A stretch of DNA of 64,000 bases, taken from Bacteroidota bacterium. Lineage in GTDB: Bacteria; Bacteroidota; Ignavibacteria; SZUA-365. The position numbers and the translations under genes are program-made. Where the stretch lies: contig JBATDG010000087.1 in the NCBI GenBank assembly GCA_049663345.1, positions 33,695 through 97,694 of the forward strand, given 5' to 3'. Shown in pieces: positions 18,175 through 30,000 of this stretch. Every line of letters begins with the position of its first letter. Position 1 is the stretch's first letter. The notes under the pieces were generated by a model. It was not told where the DNA came from. It did not search any database and saw only the letters and a list, made by a program, of their open reading frames with translations.

Positions 18175-20438
18175 TAGTACTGTATCCCCACTGTCACATA
18201 ATAGCGCCGATCCCGCAGGGCGAGTCCGGAAAGCAAGACGTTATCCGTTCGCAGCAGATTGCGCAGGCTGAGATTAATGAACAGCTGCAGTTTGCCGATC
18301 GCGAAATACTTACTGGCGTGGATATCGAGGTTGCTGAAGGAAGGGAGTTCGACTTCCGAGTACGTTCCGTCGGGCTGACGCAGCAATCCGATTTGAGAAC
18401 CCTCAGCGAAATGGAAGATCTGCAGCGAATAACCCGCATGATTCAGTACAAAATTGATCGTGCGTTTGCTGTCGGATTTGAAAGGGAAGGCGGACTGTTC
18501 CGAGATATAATAGCGTGATAGTCCGAATTCCACGAGAATTTTTTTCTCCCAGAAGAAAAGCCCCGCTTTGCCTTCCAGTCCGGAAATCTGCGCATTGTCG
18601 ACATTATCATAAAGCGTCAGAGGAATTCCAGGTGTGCTGATGCTGCGGAATTTATTGTCGTAATTATTCTGAAAAAAGCTGCCATGCAGTTCCCACCCGT
18701 TCACCGCGCCTTCTGTCAGGCTTCGGGTGAGAGCGGCTCCGACCTCAACGCTTCGGTTCGTCTCCACCTCAAGCGGCTCGTTGGCGCGGGAGGGATCGAC
18801 CAACGCGGGTGAGTTGACTTGCTGGAACAGGGTGGGATAGCGAACATTGTTGCCGTAGCTGAGAAAAATATCGATCAGAAAATTCTCCTTCATTCCCTTC
18901 AGGTCGATCGCGAACTTGAATATCGGGTGGCTCCAACTGCGCTCGGTGAAAGCCCCTTCTGCGAAGCTCTGTTCCCGAAGGACAACGTTGTCTTGCGCGT
19001 CGTTGACGAAATCCTGCCGCAGGCTGATATCGAAATCGAAATTGCGGAAGAACGAGGACCCGGTCTCTCCGTGCAGCTTCCCTATAGCCACAAACCCATG
19101 CTGCGTCCGCCGCAGCTCGCTCGATGCGATACCCAGCGGCTGCTCACGCTGATTGCGCCGCAGATCCTCCACGTCGAGGCTGGAGTGTGCGAACTGGTAC
19201 GAAAAGAGAAAGTCGAAGAGGCCTGGCTTCCAGCGTTTTTCGATGCTGCCCTGTCCGCCATTTTCGTGAATGCCTCTCGCGATGGAAGCGTCGCTGGATT
19301 GCAGCGTAAGGTCCTGCCGCAGGCCGTTGTATGCGGCTTTGAGCGCGATTTCACCCAACAGAGGAAGGCTGCCGCCGTAGTGAACACCTGCGAATTGATT
19401 CTGATCGTCAAGCTGCTCGCCATCCCGTTCGTTGACGTACTCGAGAGACGTCACCCTCCAATGCAGCGCGAGAGCATCCGGCTTCTGCGATTCGTCTGAA
19501 AGCTGACAGGAGAAACTTCCGCTGTGGTGAATGCTGCTGTTTGTCAGCTTGTCCTCGGGCAGGTCTTCGAATGCCCTGGTCATTCCGCCGTTGCGTACGC
19601 TGTAGCTTCCGGCGAAGCGGCCGAAGCGCTGAAACAGCTGCAGGCCCCAGATTCCCGAATCATACGACCCGATCTGCTGATGCGCGCGGATCGAGTATTC
19701 GCGATCCGTCTTGGGAACGATGTTGATGACTCCGGAAAATGCTTCGGGTCCGTACAACGTGGTGTTGCTGCCCTTAATGATCTCGAAGCGCTGGATGTCT
19801 GAAAGCTCGATCATCGAAAGATCGAACTCGCTGGTGTAGCTGCCGTTGAGTTTGATGCCGTCATAAAGCACGATGACCTCATCCGGATTTCCTCCGCGGA
19901 TGGATACCAGCTTTCTCCCCGTAAATTCCTCGTCGACCTGAATGCTGTGGTCGGTTCGAAGCAGATCGCCGGCATCAACGTAGCCGCGCACCTCGAATTC
20001 CCTGGACTCAATCGTCGAGACAGTCTGCGGTAAGTCCAGGGCAGCGGCTCCTTCGCGGCGGGTCCCTGTGATTTCCGTGGATTCGAAAGGAATAACCCGC
20101 GGTGTCAGATAAATGTCGCCTGAACGCTGCGCCGCCGAAATGCTGAGGATCCGGTTTTCATATGAAATATGACGGAATACGATCTCTGTCTTCTCGTTGG
20201 GATCTGGGATGCGCAAGGAATAGGAACCTGCGGCGCCGGTGGTGCTCCCAAGATTCGTACCGGCAACGGTGATACTGACGTCCTGAAGGGGACGGTACGT
20301 ATTGCCATCTCTAACGGTGCCGGTGATAGTTACCGTCTGTGCTCCGGCACTGAATTGAAGCAGGAAAAAAAACATCAACACCACGATGGCCGGAGATGCG
20401 AGGCTTTGATCTGGTGGCGAATTGGAATGCTGAATCAT
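18174..20438 (-). CDS. TonB-dependent receptor with an N-terminal carboxypeptidase-regulatory-like domain
   Basis: CarbopepD_reg-like segment TVTITGTVRDGNTYRPLQDVSITV, a plug region and a long beta-barrel. The start is either M1 (20453) or M6 (20438). Confidence 0.75.
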   Translation of the reverse strand: MIQHSNSPPDQSLASPAIVVLMFFFLLQFSAGAQTVTITGTVRDGNTYRPLQDVSITVAGTNLGSTTGAAGSYSLRIPDPNEKTEIVFRHISYENRILSISAAQRSGDIYLTPRVIPFESTEITGTRREGAAALDLPQTVSTIESREFEVRGYVDAGDLLRTDHSIQVDEEFTGRKLVSIRGGNPDEVIVLYDGIKLNGSYTSEFDLSMIELSDIQRFEIIKGSNTTLYGPEAFSGVINIVPKTDREYSIRAHQQIGSYDSGIWGLQLFQRFGRFAGSYSVRNGGMTRAFEDLPEDKLTNSSIHHSGSFSCQLSDESQKPDALALHWRVTSLEYVNERDGEQLDDQNQFAGVHYGGSLPLLGEIALKAAYNGLRQDLTLQSSDASIARGIHENGGQGSIEKRWKPGLFDFLFSYQFAHSSLDVEDLRRNQREQPLGIASSELRRTQHGFVAIGKLHGETGSSFFRNFDFDISLRQDFVNDAQDNVVLREQSFAEGAFTERSWSHPIFKFAIDLKGMKENFLIDIFLSYGNNVRYPTLFQQVNSPALVDPSRANEPLEVETNRSVEVGAALTRSLTEGAVNGWELHGSFFQNNYDNKFRSISTPGIPLTLYDNVDNAQISGLEGKAGLFFWEKKILVEFGLSRYYISEQSAFPFKSDSKRTINFVLNHAGYSLQIFHFAEGSQIGLLRQPDGTYSEVELPSFSNLDIHASKYFAIGKLQLFINLSLRNLLRTDNVLLSGLALRDRRYYVTVGIQY

Positions 20439-20499
20439 ATCATCTAGACACATAAGATGATATTCGGTTGCCGGAAATTGCGATTATCTGCGCAGCAGC

Positions 20500-22470
20500 T
20501 CAACGTACGACGCTTATACGAATGGCCTGACGTGTCGAGTTGGCCTCCAGTATGCAGTGGTATGTGCCGCTCAGCTGTTCGTCCGGCTGCCAGATGATAG
20601 TATGCGAACCTGCGTCGAACACCTCGTTTGCCAGATCTGCGACCAACCGCCCCAATGCATCAAACACCCGAAGGCGCACTGGCATGCGTGAAGGAAGGGT
20701 GAATGGAATCGCAGTGACGGAGGAGGTGGGATTCGGATAATTTTTTCCGAGCTGCACAGATGCTGCGAGGGAAGGAAGATCGTCCGCAGCGTTGATCTGA
20801 AGTACGACGACGGTGCGGCGGAGCGTTGTGCTGCAGCTGCCATTGGATACGGTTACCGAAACCGAGAACGTGCCGGAGCTTGCGTAAGTATGCTGCACGC
20901 TTTGATCGACAGCTGTGGAGCCGTCGCCGAAAGACCAGTCCCAAGTCGTCGCACCTGCGGCGATCGCGGAGAACTGCACCGTGGCTCCGTCGCTGAGGTA
21001 CACCGTATCCGCGGAAACGGTAAGCTGGACAGCAGGAGCGGCAATGACGTCGACACTCGCCTGAATCAGCGCTCTGCCGACGAAGTTTTCGTTTAGGAAT
21101 GAATAGGTGATCCTTCCCGCAGAATCCGCCTGAACAAAGGCCGAGGGCCCAACAGCGAGCCACAGGGGATGGGTTTCATCGAGTACTCTGCCCGCATTCA
21201 AAACCGTAGTTGTGTCGCCTTCAAACCAGAACATATTTCCGACCTTCGCGCTGTCCGCTTTCAGCAGGATGCTTCCGCCGACGCATGCTGTGGCCGGAAG
21301 CTTCGCGATCGGCTGCGGAGTCGTGGGCATTTCAGTAATGATAGAACTCTTGGGATCTCCCACTACGATTGCCATCCAGGAGAATGTCGGGTTCGACATG
21401 TAATAGCTTTCAGCGAGATTGTATCCATTGGAGTAGCGGTCTGCAAGCAGGTTGACCCAGGTCAGTGCGACCGTATATGGTTCGAAAACGTAGCCGCTGG
21501 CTCCGGTGCAGCCTTCGGCGATCAGATCAGCAATGCGCGATTGGCCAGCCTCTGCACCGGGAATGAAATTTCTGGCGGATGTAGACACATAGGTCTCGGC
21601 CACAGACCCCGGCAGCCAGTGGTTGTGCGTGCGGGCGTAGCTCGTATACAGATGGTCGTAATGATCGTTCGATCCCCAGCTCCCGTAACCAATAACGTTT
21701 CGCTGATCGGTGATGAACACAGAGTCCTCATTCAGCAGCACATTCCATCCTTCGTTGGCAAGGTAGTGCCCGGCATTGGCAAGATTTGAGTCGTATGGAT
21801 CCAGTTGAATCGGCTTGGGATCGCGGTCAAACACCCACAACGCACTGTCCTTGTTCACAAACGTGAACGGACCAGATCGATCGATAAGCTGGAAGACATC
21901 TTCCTTGGTCAGTCCTGTGAGCCTCGTCGTGAGAAACAGGTCGTATGCTGTCGGCGGGGAAGAGCCCGGTACAATTTTTCTTCGTCGGTATTTTTCGTCC
22001 TTCCCGAAATATGCATGCACACGAACACTGCTCGGGGAGCTGAAAAGAGTATTCTGATGAATGTGGCTTGCGTAAGCCCCGAGTATGAGCATCAGCTCCG
22101 CATCGACAGAGGCGTTTGACCAATCTCCACCGTCGTTGTTGTGCAGTACCCGCAGCGGTACGCCTTTCGTAGTCACGAAGTAGTTCAGCGAGTCCACTAA
22201 CCCGGTTTCGGATGTGAGGTACATTTCGATCTGCAGCCGCATTGCATCGAATTCTTCGGGAGTGATCGTTTCCTTCGCCGGCGCGGTGACGTGTATAACG
22301 TTGCGCTGAGGAATATTTCTTTTCTGAATGAAATAGGACCCAATAGCAACGGAGTTCGTATCGTTGTCGTTGATAATCAGTCCCACGTCGCGGTAATCCG
22401 CTGGCGCTTGCCCACTGGCTGAAAACGCCAGAATTGTGAGAAAGGAAATGACGGTGGCTGCTAACCGCAT
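20500..22470 (-). CDS. Secreted protein with a PKD domain and a T9SS C-terminal sorting domain
   Basis: Signal peptide MRLAATVISFLTILAFSASG. PKD-like WDWSFGDGS...HTYASSGTFSVSVTVSNG. C-terminal YPNPTSSVTAIPFTL...GTYHCIL Por-tail. The start was trimmed from 22617 to M50. Confidence 0.7.
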   Translation of the reverse strand: MRLAATVISFLTILAFSASGQAPADYRDVGLIINDNDTNSVAIGSYFIQKRNIPQRNVIHVTAPAKETITPEEFDAMRLQIEMYLTSETGLVDSLNYFVTTKGVPLRVLHNNDGGDWSNASVDAELMLILGAYASHIHQNTLFSSPSSVRVHAYFGKDEKYRRRKIVPGSSPPTAYDLFLTTRLTGLTKEDVFQLIDRSGPFTFVNKDSALWVFDRDPKPIQLDPYDSNLANAGHYLANEGWNVLLNEDSVFITDQRNVIGYGSWGSNDHYDHLYTSYARTHNHWLPGSVAETYVSTSARNFIPGAEAGQSRIADLIAEGCTGASGYVFEPYTVALTWVNLLADRYSNGYNLAESYYMSNPTFSWMAIVVGDPKSSIITEMPTTPQPIAKLPATACVGGSILLKADSAKVGNMFWFEGDTTTVLNAGRVLDETHPLWLAVGPSAFVQADSAGRITYSFLNENFVGRALIQASVDVIAAPAVQLTVSADTVYLSDGATVQFSAIAAGATTWDWSFGDGSTAVDQSVQHTYASSGTFSVSVTVSNGSCSTTLRRTVVVLQINAADDLPSLAASVQLGKNYPNPTSSVTAIPFTLPSRMPVRLRVFDALGRLVADLANEVFDAGSHTIIWQPDEQLSGTYHCILEANSTRQAIRISVVR

Positions 22471-22678
22471 GGCATACTCCGGAATTCGGGGGGACAGTGA
22501 AGGCGGGACCCGTGTGCCTGAATGGGCTGAACAAAGGATAACGAGGTCCGACAAGGTAGACAACTGGAAATCTATCCAATTTATCTCTATGCAGCAAGAG
22601 TCGGACAGCGTTTTCACCCCTATATTCTCATGAATAATTTGTAACGTAAATGTTGCAATGTTATCCGAAAGGTTGTTT

Positions 22679-23929
22679 ATGCTGCGATATATTCTGTCGA
22701 TTTTTCTCCTGTCGGTTTCCCTGAAGTTGGCTGCTCAGGACCGGACAGCAATCGATTCACCCAACCCGTCACTGCCTGCTCATGCCATACAGGCGGAAGA
22801 TGACCCTTGCGGCTTCCTGCTCCGCAAGCCAGGGGATATACAAGTCTGGGCTTACGGCCGCGATGCACTGCTGTCGGACATGCAGGGCTGGGCGCTGCAC
22901 CCGATGACCGCAATCGATGTCATTGGAAGCTCCGTGCAGGGAAGGCCGCTGTATCACATGGTATTTACGAACCCGGCCTCGCAGCATCCGAAAAAAAGGA
23001 TCTGGATCCATGCCCGCACACATCCAATAGAGTCGGAGTCGTCTTTTGTTGCACGTGCGGTAGTGGAGGAACTTCTCAGCGGTTCCGCACTCGGAAACCT
23101 CTTACTCGATAATGCGATTATTCACGTGCTTCCGATGCTGAACCCGGATGGAGTGGAATTGCAGTGGGCGCGGGAAAATGCGAACGGTGTCGATCTCGAA
23201 AGCAATTGGGGAGCGGCCGCGCCCGAGCCGGAGGTCGAAGCCCTGCGCCGTCACCTTACGGCGCTTATGAATAGCCATTCCCCTGTGGAAGTCGCGCTGA
23301 ATCTGCATTCCGCCTACAACTGTAAGCGCTATTTCGTCTATCATGCCGTCGAAGGCACCTCGGAAGTCTTTTCGCAGCTAGAACAGCGATTTATCAATTA
23401 TGCACGCGCACGCTTCCCCGGAGGAATCGAACCCTACAATTATTTTGTAAGCTGGACTACGGGAACCCCCGACCGGTACCCTGAGAGCTGGTTCTGGCGC
23501 AGCTACGGCCAACAGGTTATGGCGCTGACGTATGAGGACATGAACTGCGCAACGGCGGGCGAATATCAGCGTACTGCACGCGCTTTGCTGGGCGCAGCAG
23601 GGGACTATCTCGGACTAACCGGCGTCGTTTCGGCGCCTCCCCCTGCCGTCGGCAGTGGTCAGGCACTGCTTGCGGATCTCTATCCCAATCCTGTGCAAAC
23701 CGATGGAAGCGTAAGTATCCGCCTGCAATCGCTGAATCCTGCACTGCGCATTCGTGTTGCCTTGTTTGACTATCTGGGACGTCAGGTCGCAGCCATCTAC
23801 GAAGGAAGCGGGTTTGACGCAGGACATACGCTGGTTATCCCGACCGGGTCGCTTCCGTCAGGGACGTATTACCTCCGCGCGTCTGCCGGTGCTATCATGG
23901 AAACCCGCACTCTTCTGATTCTGCGCTGA
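22679..23929 (+). CDS. M14-family zinc carboxypeptidase with a T9SS C-terminal sorting domain
   Basis: M14 motifs (HARTHPIESESS..., MLNPDG) and a C-terminal LYPNPVQTDGSVSIRL...GTYYLRA tail. Confidence 0.75.
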   Translation: MLRYILSIFLLSVSLKLAAQDRTAIDSPNPSLPAHAIQAEDDPCGFLLRKPGDIQVWAYGRDALLSDMQGWALHPMTAIDVIGSSVQGRPLYHMVFTNPASQHPKKRIWIHARTHPIESESSFVARAVVEELLSGSALGNLLLDNAIIHVLPMLNPDGVELQWARENANGVDLESNWGAAAPEPEVEALRRHLTALMNSHSPVEVALNLHSAYNCKRYFVYHAVEGTSEVFSQLEQRFINYARARFPGGIEPYNYFVSWTTGTPDRYPESWFWRSYGQQVMALTYEDMNCATAGEYQRTARALLGAAGDYLGLTGVVSAPPPAVGSGQALLADLYPNPVQTDGSVSIRLQSLNPALRIRVALFDYLGRQVAAIYEGSGFDAGHTLVIPTGSLPSGTYYLRASAGAIMETRTLLILR

Positions 23930-23941
23930 TCCACCGCAACC

Positions 23942-24643
23942 TTACGCGAAGATCGCATCGAGCAGGCGGTCCGTATCTGTAAGATCTGTGAAGAGATGGT
24001 CGGGCCGTGCTTCTGCAAGCGCTTCCTGGCTGTATCCCCCGGTGGCAACACCGATGCTGCGCACGTTGAGGTGGCGTCCGCAGTCGATATCATGCGGGGT
24101 ATCGCCGATAATGACGATGTCTTTTGCCCTGAATGTTGCCCCCGTGCGATCATAAGCACGGGACACGGCGATTTCCGGCAGATCGTGTCGAAACGGTGCA
24201 TCGTTGCCGAACGCCCCGAAAGAAAAATATTCGAGAAGGGCGGGAGGCGTGAGCTTGATGCGGGCGCCCTGCAGCATGTTGCCGGTCAGCAGCGCAAGCG
24301 TCGCGGCCTCCTCCTGACGAAGCGCCTCGAGCAGCTGTCTCACACCAGGGAAAACGGTGACATTTCCTTCGTGAAGCCGCTCTTCCAGTTTTTTGAAAAA
24401 GATAGCGAACACGGCGTTTTGATGCTTCGCGGCCAATGCTTCCGGAATTTTCGAAGCGCTCATTACTTCAGTATAAATCTGCTGATCTGTCTTTCCGGCA
24501 AAATCATGCTCACGCGCAATCGTTGTGCTGCCTACTACCTCCTCAACTGCCTCTGAAAATGCCTCCTTCGCGATGCCGTTGGTCGTCACCAGCGTACCGT
24601 CAATGTCGAATAGAATCAGGCGAAGAAACTGCTTTGTAATCAT
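23942..24643 (-). CDS. HAD-superfamily hydrolase (phosphoglycolate-phosphatase-like)
   Basis: Motif I LILFDIDGTLV plus C-terminal GDTPHDI. Confidence 0.75.
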   Translation of the reverse strand: MITKQFLRLILFDIDGTLVTTNGIAKEAFSEAVEEVVGSTTIAREHDFAGKTDQQIYTEVMSASKIPEALAAKHQNAVFAIFFKKLEERLHEGNVTVFPGVRQLLEALRQEEAATLALLTGNMLQGARIKLTPPALLEYFSFGAFGNDAPFRHDLPEIAVSRAYDRTGATFRAKDIVIIGDTPHDIDCGRHLNVRSIGVATGGYSQEALAEARPDHLFTDLTDTDRLLDAIFA

Positions 24644-25434
24644 GCGTCGTCCGGTCGGGGAACATTGTGAAACAAAAGATAATCAGTAAGACGTGGAAAA
24701 TGATAGCCCACGAAGGCGAACAGCTTGCCCGGAACGCTCACAACCACCTCGCGTCTGCGGAGGCGAATGCACCGATAAATCGCACTCGCGACCAGTTCAG
24801 GTGAATTCGTGGGAATCTCCCGCCTCTTAGTTTGCGGTACCGCGTATGTCATGCTATCGAAGAACGGGGTCGCGGTGCGGGCGGGACAAACAACTCCCAC
24901 GTGCACGCCGTGCGCTTTCAGCTCGAGGCGCAGGGCATCGGCAAAGCCCAGCAGTCCCTGCTTTGTTGCACAATACACCGCATTATACGGGATGGCGCGC
25001 TTGCCGATAGTGGAAGAAATGAGAATCAGGCTTCCGCGTCGCTGCTCTTGCAGAGTCGGGAGCGCCGCGCGAGCCGATGCCATCGCACCTTCGAGATTGG
25101 TCCGCAGTACGCGCTCGATGTCGCCCCATTCGGTTCCAGCGAAAGGACCGTAGAGTCCGATACCTGCATTCACTATCGCGGCAGCGAGTGATTTGCCCGC
25201 CAGGGCTGTCCTGATTTTCTCAAGCAGTCCCTCGCTGTCCTGAACGTCTGCTTGAATCGTCGTGCATTCGATGCCGAAGCGCGTGGAGAGCGAGGAAGCA
25301 AGTTCCTCCAGACGATCCTTCCCGCGTGCGAGCAGAAGGAGGTCGAATCCCTTCGCAGCGAAGAGATTCGCGGTAGCGCGCCCGATGCCTTCAGAGGCCC
25401 CGGTGATGAAAATTATGCCGTCGTTTGGCTTCAT
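24640..25434 (-). CDS. Short-chain dehydrogenase/reductase (SDR)
   Basis: The Rossmann motif TGASEGIG, expected YxxxK region. The start was set at MKPNDGIIF. Confidence 0.75.
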   Translation of the reverse strand: MKPNDGIIFITGASEGIGRATANLFAAKGFDLLLLARGKDRLEELASSLSTRFGIECTTIQADVQDSEGLLEKIRTALAGKSLAAAIVNAGIGLYGPFAGTEWGDIERVLRTNLEGAMASARAALPTLQEQRRGSLILISSTIGKRAIPYNAVYCATKQGLLGFADALRLELKAHGVHVGVVCPARTATPFFDSMTYAVPQTKRREIPTNSPELVASAIYRCIRLRRREVVVSVPGKLFAFVGYHFPRLTDYLLFHNVPRPDDA

Positions 25435-25573
25435 GGAATCATTGAGAAGTTCACGAGAAAACACTATTATACAAAGTCTAAACTTGCAATTCACCATTGA
25501 AATCAATAAACTCGACCGATACGATTGATCAATAATTCACGTTTCTTGAGCTACCATTACAGAGGAACACAAG

Positions 25574-26989
25574 TTGGGAAACCTGTCCGACGCAGGTGAC
25601 ATCCTGATCGTTGACGATGAGGAAATGATGGGCATCGTGCTGTCCGGCGTATTCGAGGATGCCGGGTTTTCAGTGCGAACCGCCACTAATGGCGAGGCGG
25701 CAATCAAGCTTATCGGTGAACGTTTGCCCGATGCGATGCTGCTTGACATCATCATGCCGGGACTGAGCGGCATGGAAGTGCTCAAACGGATCAAATCCGT
25801 TGATGAGAGCATCCCTGTCATTCTTATGACTGCTATGGCTGGCGTCAGCGGGGCTGTTGAAGCGATGCGCGCCGGTGCCTACGATTACATCGCCAAACCA
25901 TTCCACAATGAGGAACTCCTGCGCATCGTATCCGCCGCCGTTCGGCAGCGTCTCTCGCGCAGCGATTTTATTGCCACCCGGGACGGAGATAACGAACAGC
26001 GTGACCCCATACTCTTTAATATGGGCACCAGTGAGGTTATCATGGAATTGTCCGCGCGCACGCGCCGCGTGGCGAAAAGCAATTTCGATGTTCTTATCAC
26101 AGGGGAAACCGGGACCGGGAAAGAACTCATCGCGCGTTCGATACACGAGATGAGCAGCAGGGGCAATAAGCCCTTCATCGCTATCGACACGGGTGCGATA
26201 CCGGAAGCCCTTCTCGAAAGTGATCTGTTTGGTCATGAGGAGGGCGCGTTTACTGATGCGCGGAATCAGAAGAAGGGGAAGTTTGAACTAGCGCAAGGCG
26301 GCACGATTTTCCTCGATGAAGTCCCCAACATGTCCTGGCAATCTCAGGCCAAACTGCTGCGTGCTCTGCAGGATCGGGCGATTTCCCGTGTCGGTGGAAG
26401 CAAGTCTATTAGCATCGATGTCCGCGTTATCGCGGCGAGCAATTCTGATTTTCAGGATATGATTGATGAAAAGCGATTTCGCGCCGATCTGTTTTACCGC
26501 CTGCGCGAATTCTCTATCCACGTTCCTGCACTGCGCGAGCGCAAAGCCGACATCCCGTTCCTTGTTGACAAATTCGTGCGCATGACAAATCAGGAATTGG
26601 GGAAGAATATCGGGGGCTGCAGCGCCTCAGCGATGGACGCCTTGATGATGTATGATTGGCCCGGAAATGTACGGCAGCTTCGTTCGACAGTTCGCAGCGC
26701 AGTGCTTCAGGCAACCCACATCATTGAGATCGAGCAGCTCGAATTCATGGAGATGTCTGCTGTTGACGGACAAGTACGCTCCGGCGGCGAACTCCCCGAA
26801 CTCGAGAACGGCATGCCGCTGAAGGAGCATGTGAAAAAACATATCGCTCAGATCGAACGGCAAATAATCTATGAAACACTGAAGTCAACCAAGTGGAATA
26901 AGGCAAAGACGGCGCGCGTGCTGCAGATTGCCTACAATACGCTGTTGACGAAGATCGGCGAATACGATCTTCAGAATCCTCACGGTTGA
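25574..26989 (+). CDS. Sigma-54-interaction-domain response regulator (NtrC/Fis family: REC-AAA+-HTH). The sigma-54 contact loop reads GAFTDA
   Basis: REC domain with DIIMPG, Walker A GETGTGKE, ESDLFGHEEGAFTDA and a C-terminal Fis-type HTH. Confidence 0.85.
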   Translation: MGNLSDAGDILIVDDEEMMGIVLSGVFEDAGFSVRTATNGEAAIKLIGERLPDAMLLDIIMPGLSGMEVLKRIKSVDESIPVILMTAMAGVSGAVEAMRAGAYDYIAKPFHNEELLRIVSAAVRQRLSRSDFIATRDGDNEQRDPILFNMGTSEVIMELSARTRRVAKSNFDVLITGETGTGKELIARSIHEMSSRGNKPFIAIDTGAIPEALLESDLFGHEEGAFTDARNQKKGKFELAQGGTIFLDEVPNMSWQSQAKLLRALQDRAISRVGGSKSISIDVRVIAASNSDFQDMIDEKRFRADLFYRLREFSIHVPALRERKADIPFLVDKFVRMTNQELGKNIGGCSASAMDALMMYDWPGNVRQLRSTVRSAVLQATHIIEIEQLEFMEMSAVDGQVRSGGELPELENGMPLKEHVKKHIAQIERQIIYETLKSTKWNKAKTARVLQIAYNTLLTKIGEYDLQNPHG

Positions 26990-27047
26990 CCAGGTCCCGG
27001 CGGTTAACTTTTTTTACACCTCCCCAAATGCAGACAGATCCAGCCGC

Positions 27048-30000
27048 ATGATGACTTCGGACGCCCCGCTACATATTTTTCTGATCGAGGATGATCCCGA
27101 ACAGGTTGCGTTTCTGAAAGTGACCTTGCGTACGGAGCAGAATTCAGCGTATTCGTTGACCCATGCCGCGAGTCTGGGTGAGGCCAAAGTACTGCTGGCC
27201 GAATTGAAGCCGGATGTGATTCTTCTTGATCTGCATCTTCCCGACAGTGAGGGGCTTAACACTCCGCGCGAAATTCTCGCCCTCGCTCCGCAAATCCCAA
27301 TCATTATCTATAGCGGCAACACCGATGTAGAGCTCGCGATCGAGGCAGTGCGGCTCGGAGCGCAGGACTACCTCCTCAAGGGCGAGGCGCGCGAACCTCT
27401 GCTGTCCCGCGCCATGCGATATGCGATTGAGCGGAAACACACCGCTCTCGAACTCGAGCAGGCGCACACAATTCTCGAAGAACGCAATGCAGCTTTGGAG
27501 ATTGCGCGCAGCGAACTCCGGTCGGAACGAGACATGTTCGTTTCCGGACCGACAATCCTGTTCAGACGCGATTTCACGACGGGCTTCCCGATCACCTTCG
27601 TTTCGCGCAATGTCTCACAATTCGGTTTTCTGCAGCGCGATCTCATGGTGGAAGGATTCCGATATGATTCGCTGGTATTCAGCGATGATCGCGAGGGGTT
27701 TCGCAATCTGCTCACCGTGCGCCTTAGCGAGGGTATCGAGAATGTCGAACAGGAATACCGGATTCTTGACGCGAGAGGCGAAATCGTCTGGCTTCACGAA
27801 GTGGCGCGGATACAGCGCGGCGCAGACGGAGAGCCCATCGCTCAGCTCGCCTATGTTGTCGACATAACCCGGCGGCGTCAGGCTGAAAAAAGCCTTTCTT
27901 CCACACGAAGGCGCTTCGATACTATCCTCGGCAGTATCAATGAGATTGTCTACGAAATCGATATTCACGGCCGGCTTCTGTATATCAGTCCCGCCATCGA
28001 ACGCATTCTCGGCTGGGAAGCAGATGGATTAATCGGTCAGCCATTTGCGGAACTAGTCGTTGAGGAGCAGCGCGAGGGCTGGGAAGAAAGCTTCGCACGT
28101 ATCGTCAGCGGAACGGTCCTTGCCTGCGAATTCCCATTGAACGCGGCCGACGGTCACGAACATGTGTTCCAGATCTCCGCACGCCGGCAAACCGATGGGA
28201 CTCAGGTCCGCTCTATTGCCGGGGTGCTCACCGATATAACCGACCGCAGGGAAATGGAACATGCCATCCGGAATGTTCGCACTCAGACGCAGCAATATCT
28301 TGACATCGCCGAGGTGGTGTTCCTTTCGCTTGATCTGAGCGGGAGCATCACGCTCATCAATAAAAAGGGTTGTCAGGTTCTGGGCTATAATGAACATGAG
28401 CTCGTGGGGCGGGACTGGTTTGACCTCTGTATTCCTGAGCATATACGGGAGGAGACTCGTGCATTTTTCTTCCGCATCGTCGGTGGGGGTGAGACCCAAA
28501 CAGATGTACACGAAAATGACGTGCGTACCAAATCGGGTGAAGAGCGGCTCCTTCGCTGGCACAATTCGTTGATGCACGATAGCCGCGGCGCTGTGATCGG
28601 GATGCTGAGCAGCGGTGAGGATATTACTGATCGGCGCAGAATCGAACTCGAGGCCAAAGGGTCGCAGGAACTGATCGACCTTGCACTTTGGGGGGCGGAT
28701 CTCGGTGCGTGGGAATGGGATATTCACAACGATAGCATCACACTGAATTCTCGTGCCCTGTCGATGTTGGGCTACGAAGCAGGGCAGCTCCCATTGTTCA
28801 CTCAGCTGCGGGAAGAAACTCTTCCGATAGAAGATGTGAGCCGATTGCAGGAAATGATGAATGCTCATCTCGAAGGGCGTTCACCCTTCTATCAGGCTGA
28901 GACCTGGATAATTTGCCGGAGTGGTGAATGGAAGTGGGTCCTCGAACGCGGGAAAGTCGTGGAATATGATACTGCGGGAGCGCCTCTGAGGGTTGCAGGC
29001 ACCTACCTTGATCTGACCGTGAGAAAATATGCTGAGATCGCACTTGAGGATAGTGAAAAGAAATTCCGTCTTCTTGCGGAAAACTCATCCGATATCATCT
29101 GGACGGTAAATGCCGATTTCGAGCTGACCTTCGTCAGCCCGTCAATCGAATTCGTACTTGGCTTTACGCCTGAAGAAATGATGGATACGGACTTCTTTGA
29201 CGCCATCGATGAAGACTTTTTGAGGGATAAAAAAGAGCAATTTATCACAGCCCTACGGAACTCTGCCGCCCGCCCTCCGCACGATCGTACGCTTCGCATA
29301 GAAGCCCCGTTCGTGAAAAAAGATGGAAGCATCCTTTGGGTCGAGGTCGTTGCAACTCCGATCCTCGACCATGGCGGAAATCTCGTGAGCGTTCACGGCA
29401 ATTCCCGCGACATTCATTATCGCAGAATCGCACAGCAGGGACTTGCCGACAGCGAAGGGAAGTACCGTCTGCTTGTGCAGAACCAGACAGATCTTGTCAT
29501 CAAGATGGATCTTGACGGAAAGTTCCTCTTCGTAAGCCCTTCGTACTGCAGGATGTTTGGCAAGACGGAAAACGAACTCCTGCTGCAGCCGTTTTTCCCG
29601 ATGGTGCATGAGGATGACCGTGCGGCCGCACTCGACGCTATGAAGAAATTGTTCGAGGCGCCTTTCACCAGCTATGTCGAACAGCGTGCCCTGACCCAGG
29701 ATGGCTGGCGATGGCTCGGCTGGCAGGACACTGCTGTCCTGAACGACAATGATGAAGTGGTTGCGATCATTGGAGTAGGGCGCGACGTGACCGAGCGCCG
29801 TATGGCAGAACGAGCGCTTATTGATAGCGAGAAGCGCCTCCGTACAGTAATCTCCAACCTTCCAGTCATCATGTTCACGCTGAATAAGGATGGGAAATTC
29901 ACCATGTCGGAGGGTATGGGACTCGAATCCCTCGGACTGACATCAGGGCAGGTCGTGGGTCTTTCGGCATTTGATGTTTATGCTAATAATCCCGACGTAG

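Noticed and set aside
22471-22657. Possible small RNA or tRNA in the 187-bp divergent intergenic region
   Set aside because: No cloverleaf or conserved structure is recognisable. It is more likely two promoters
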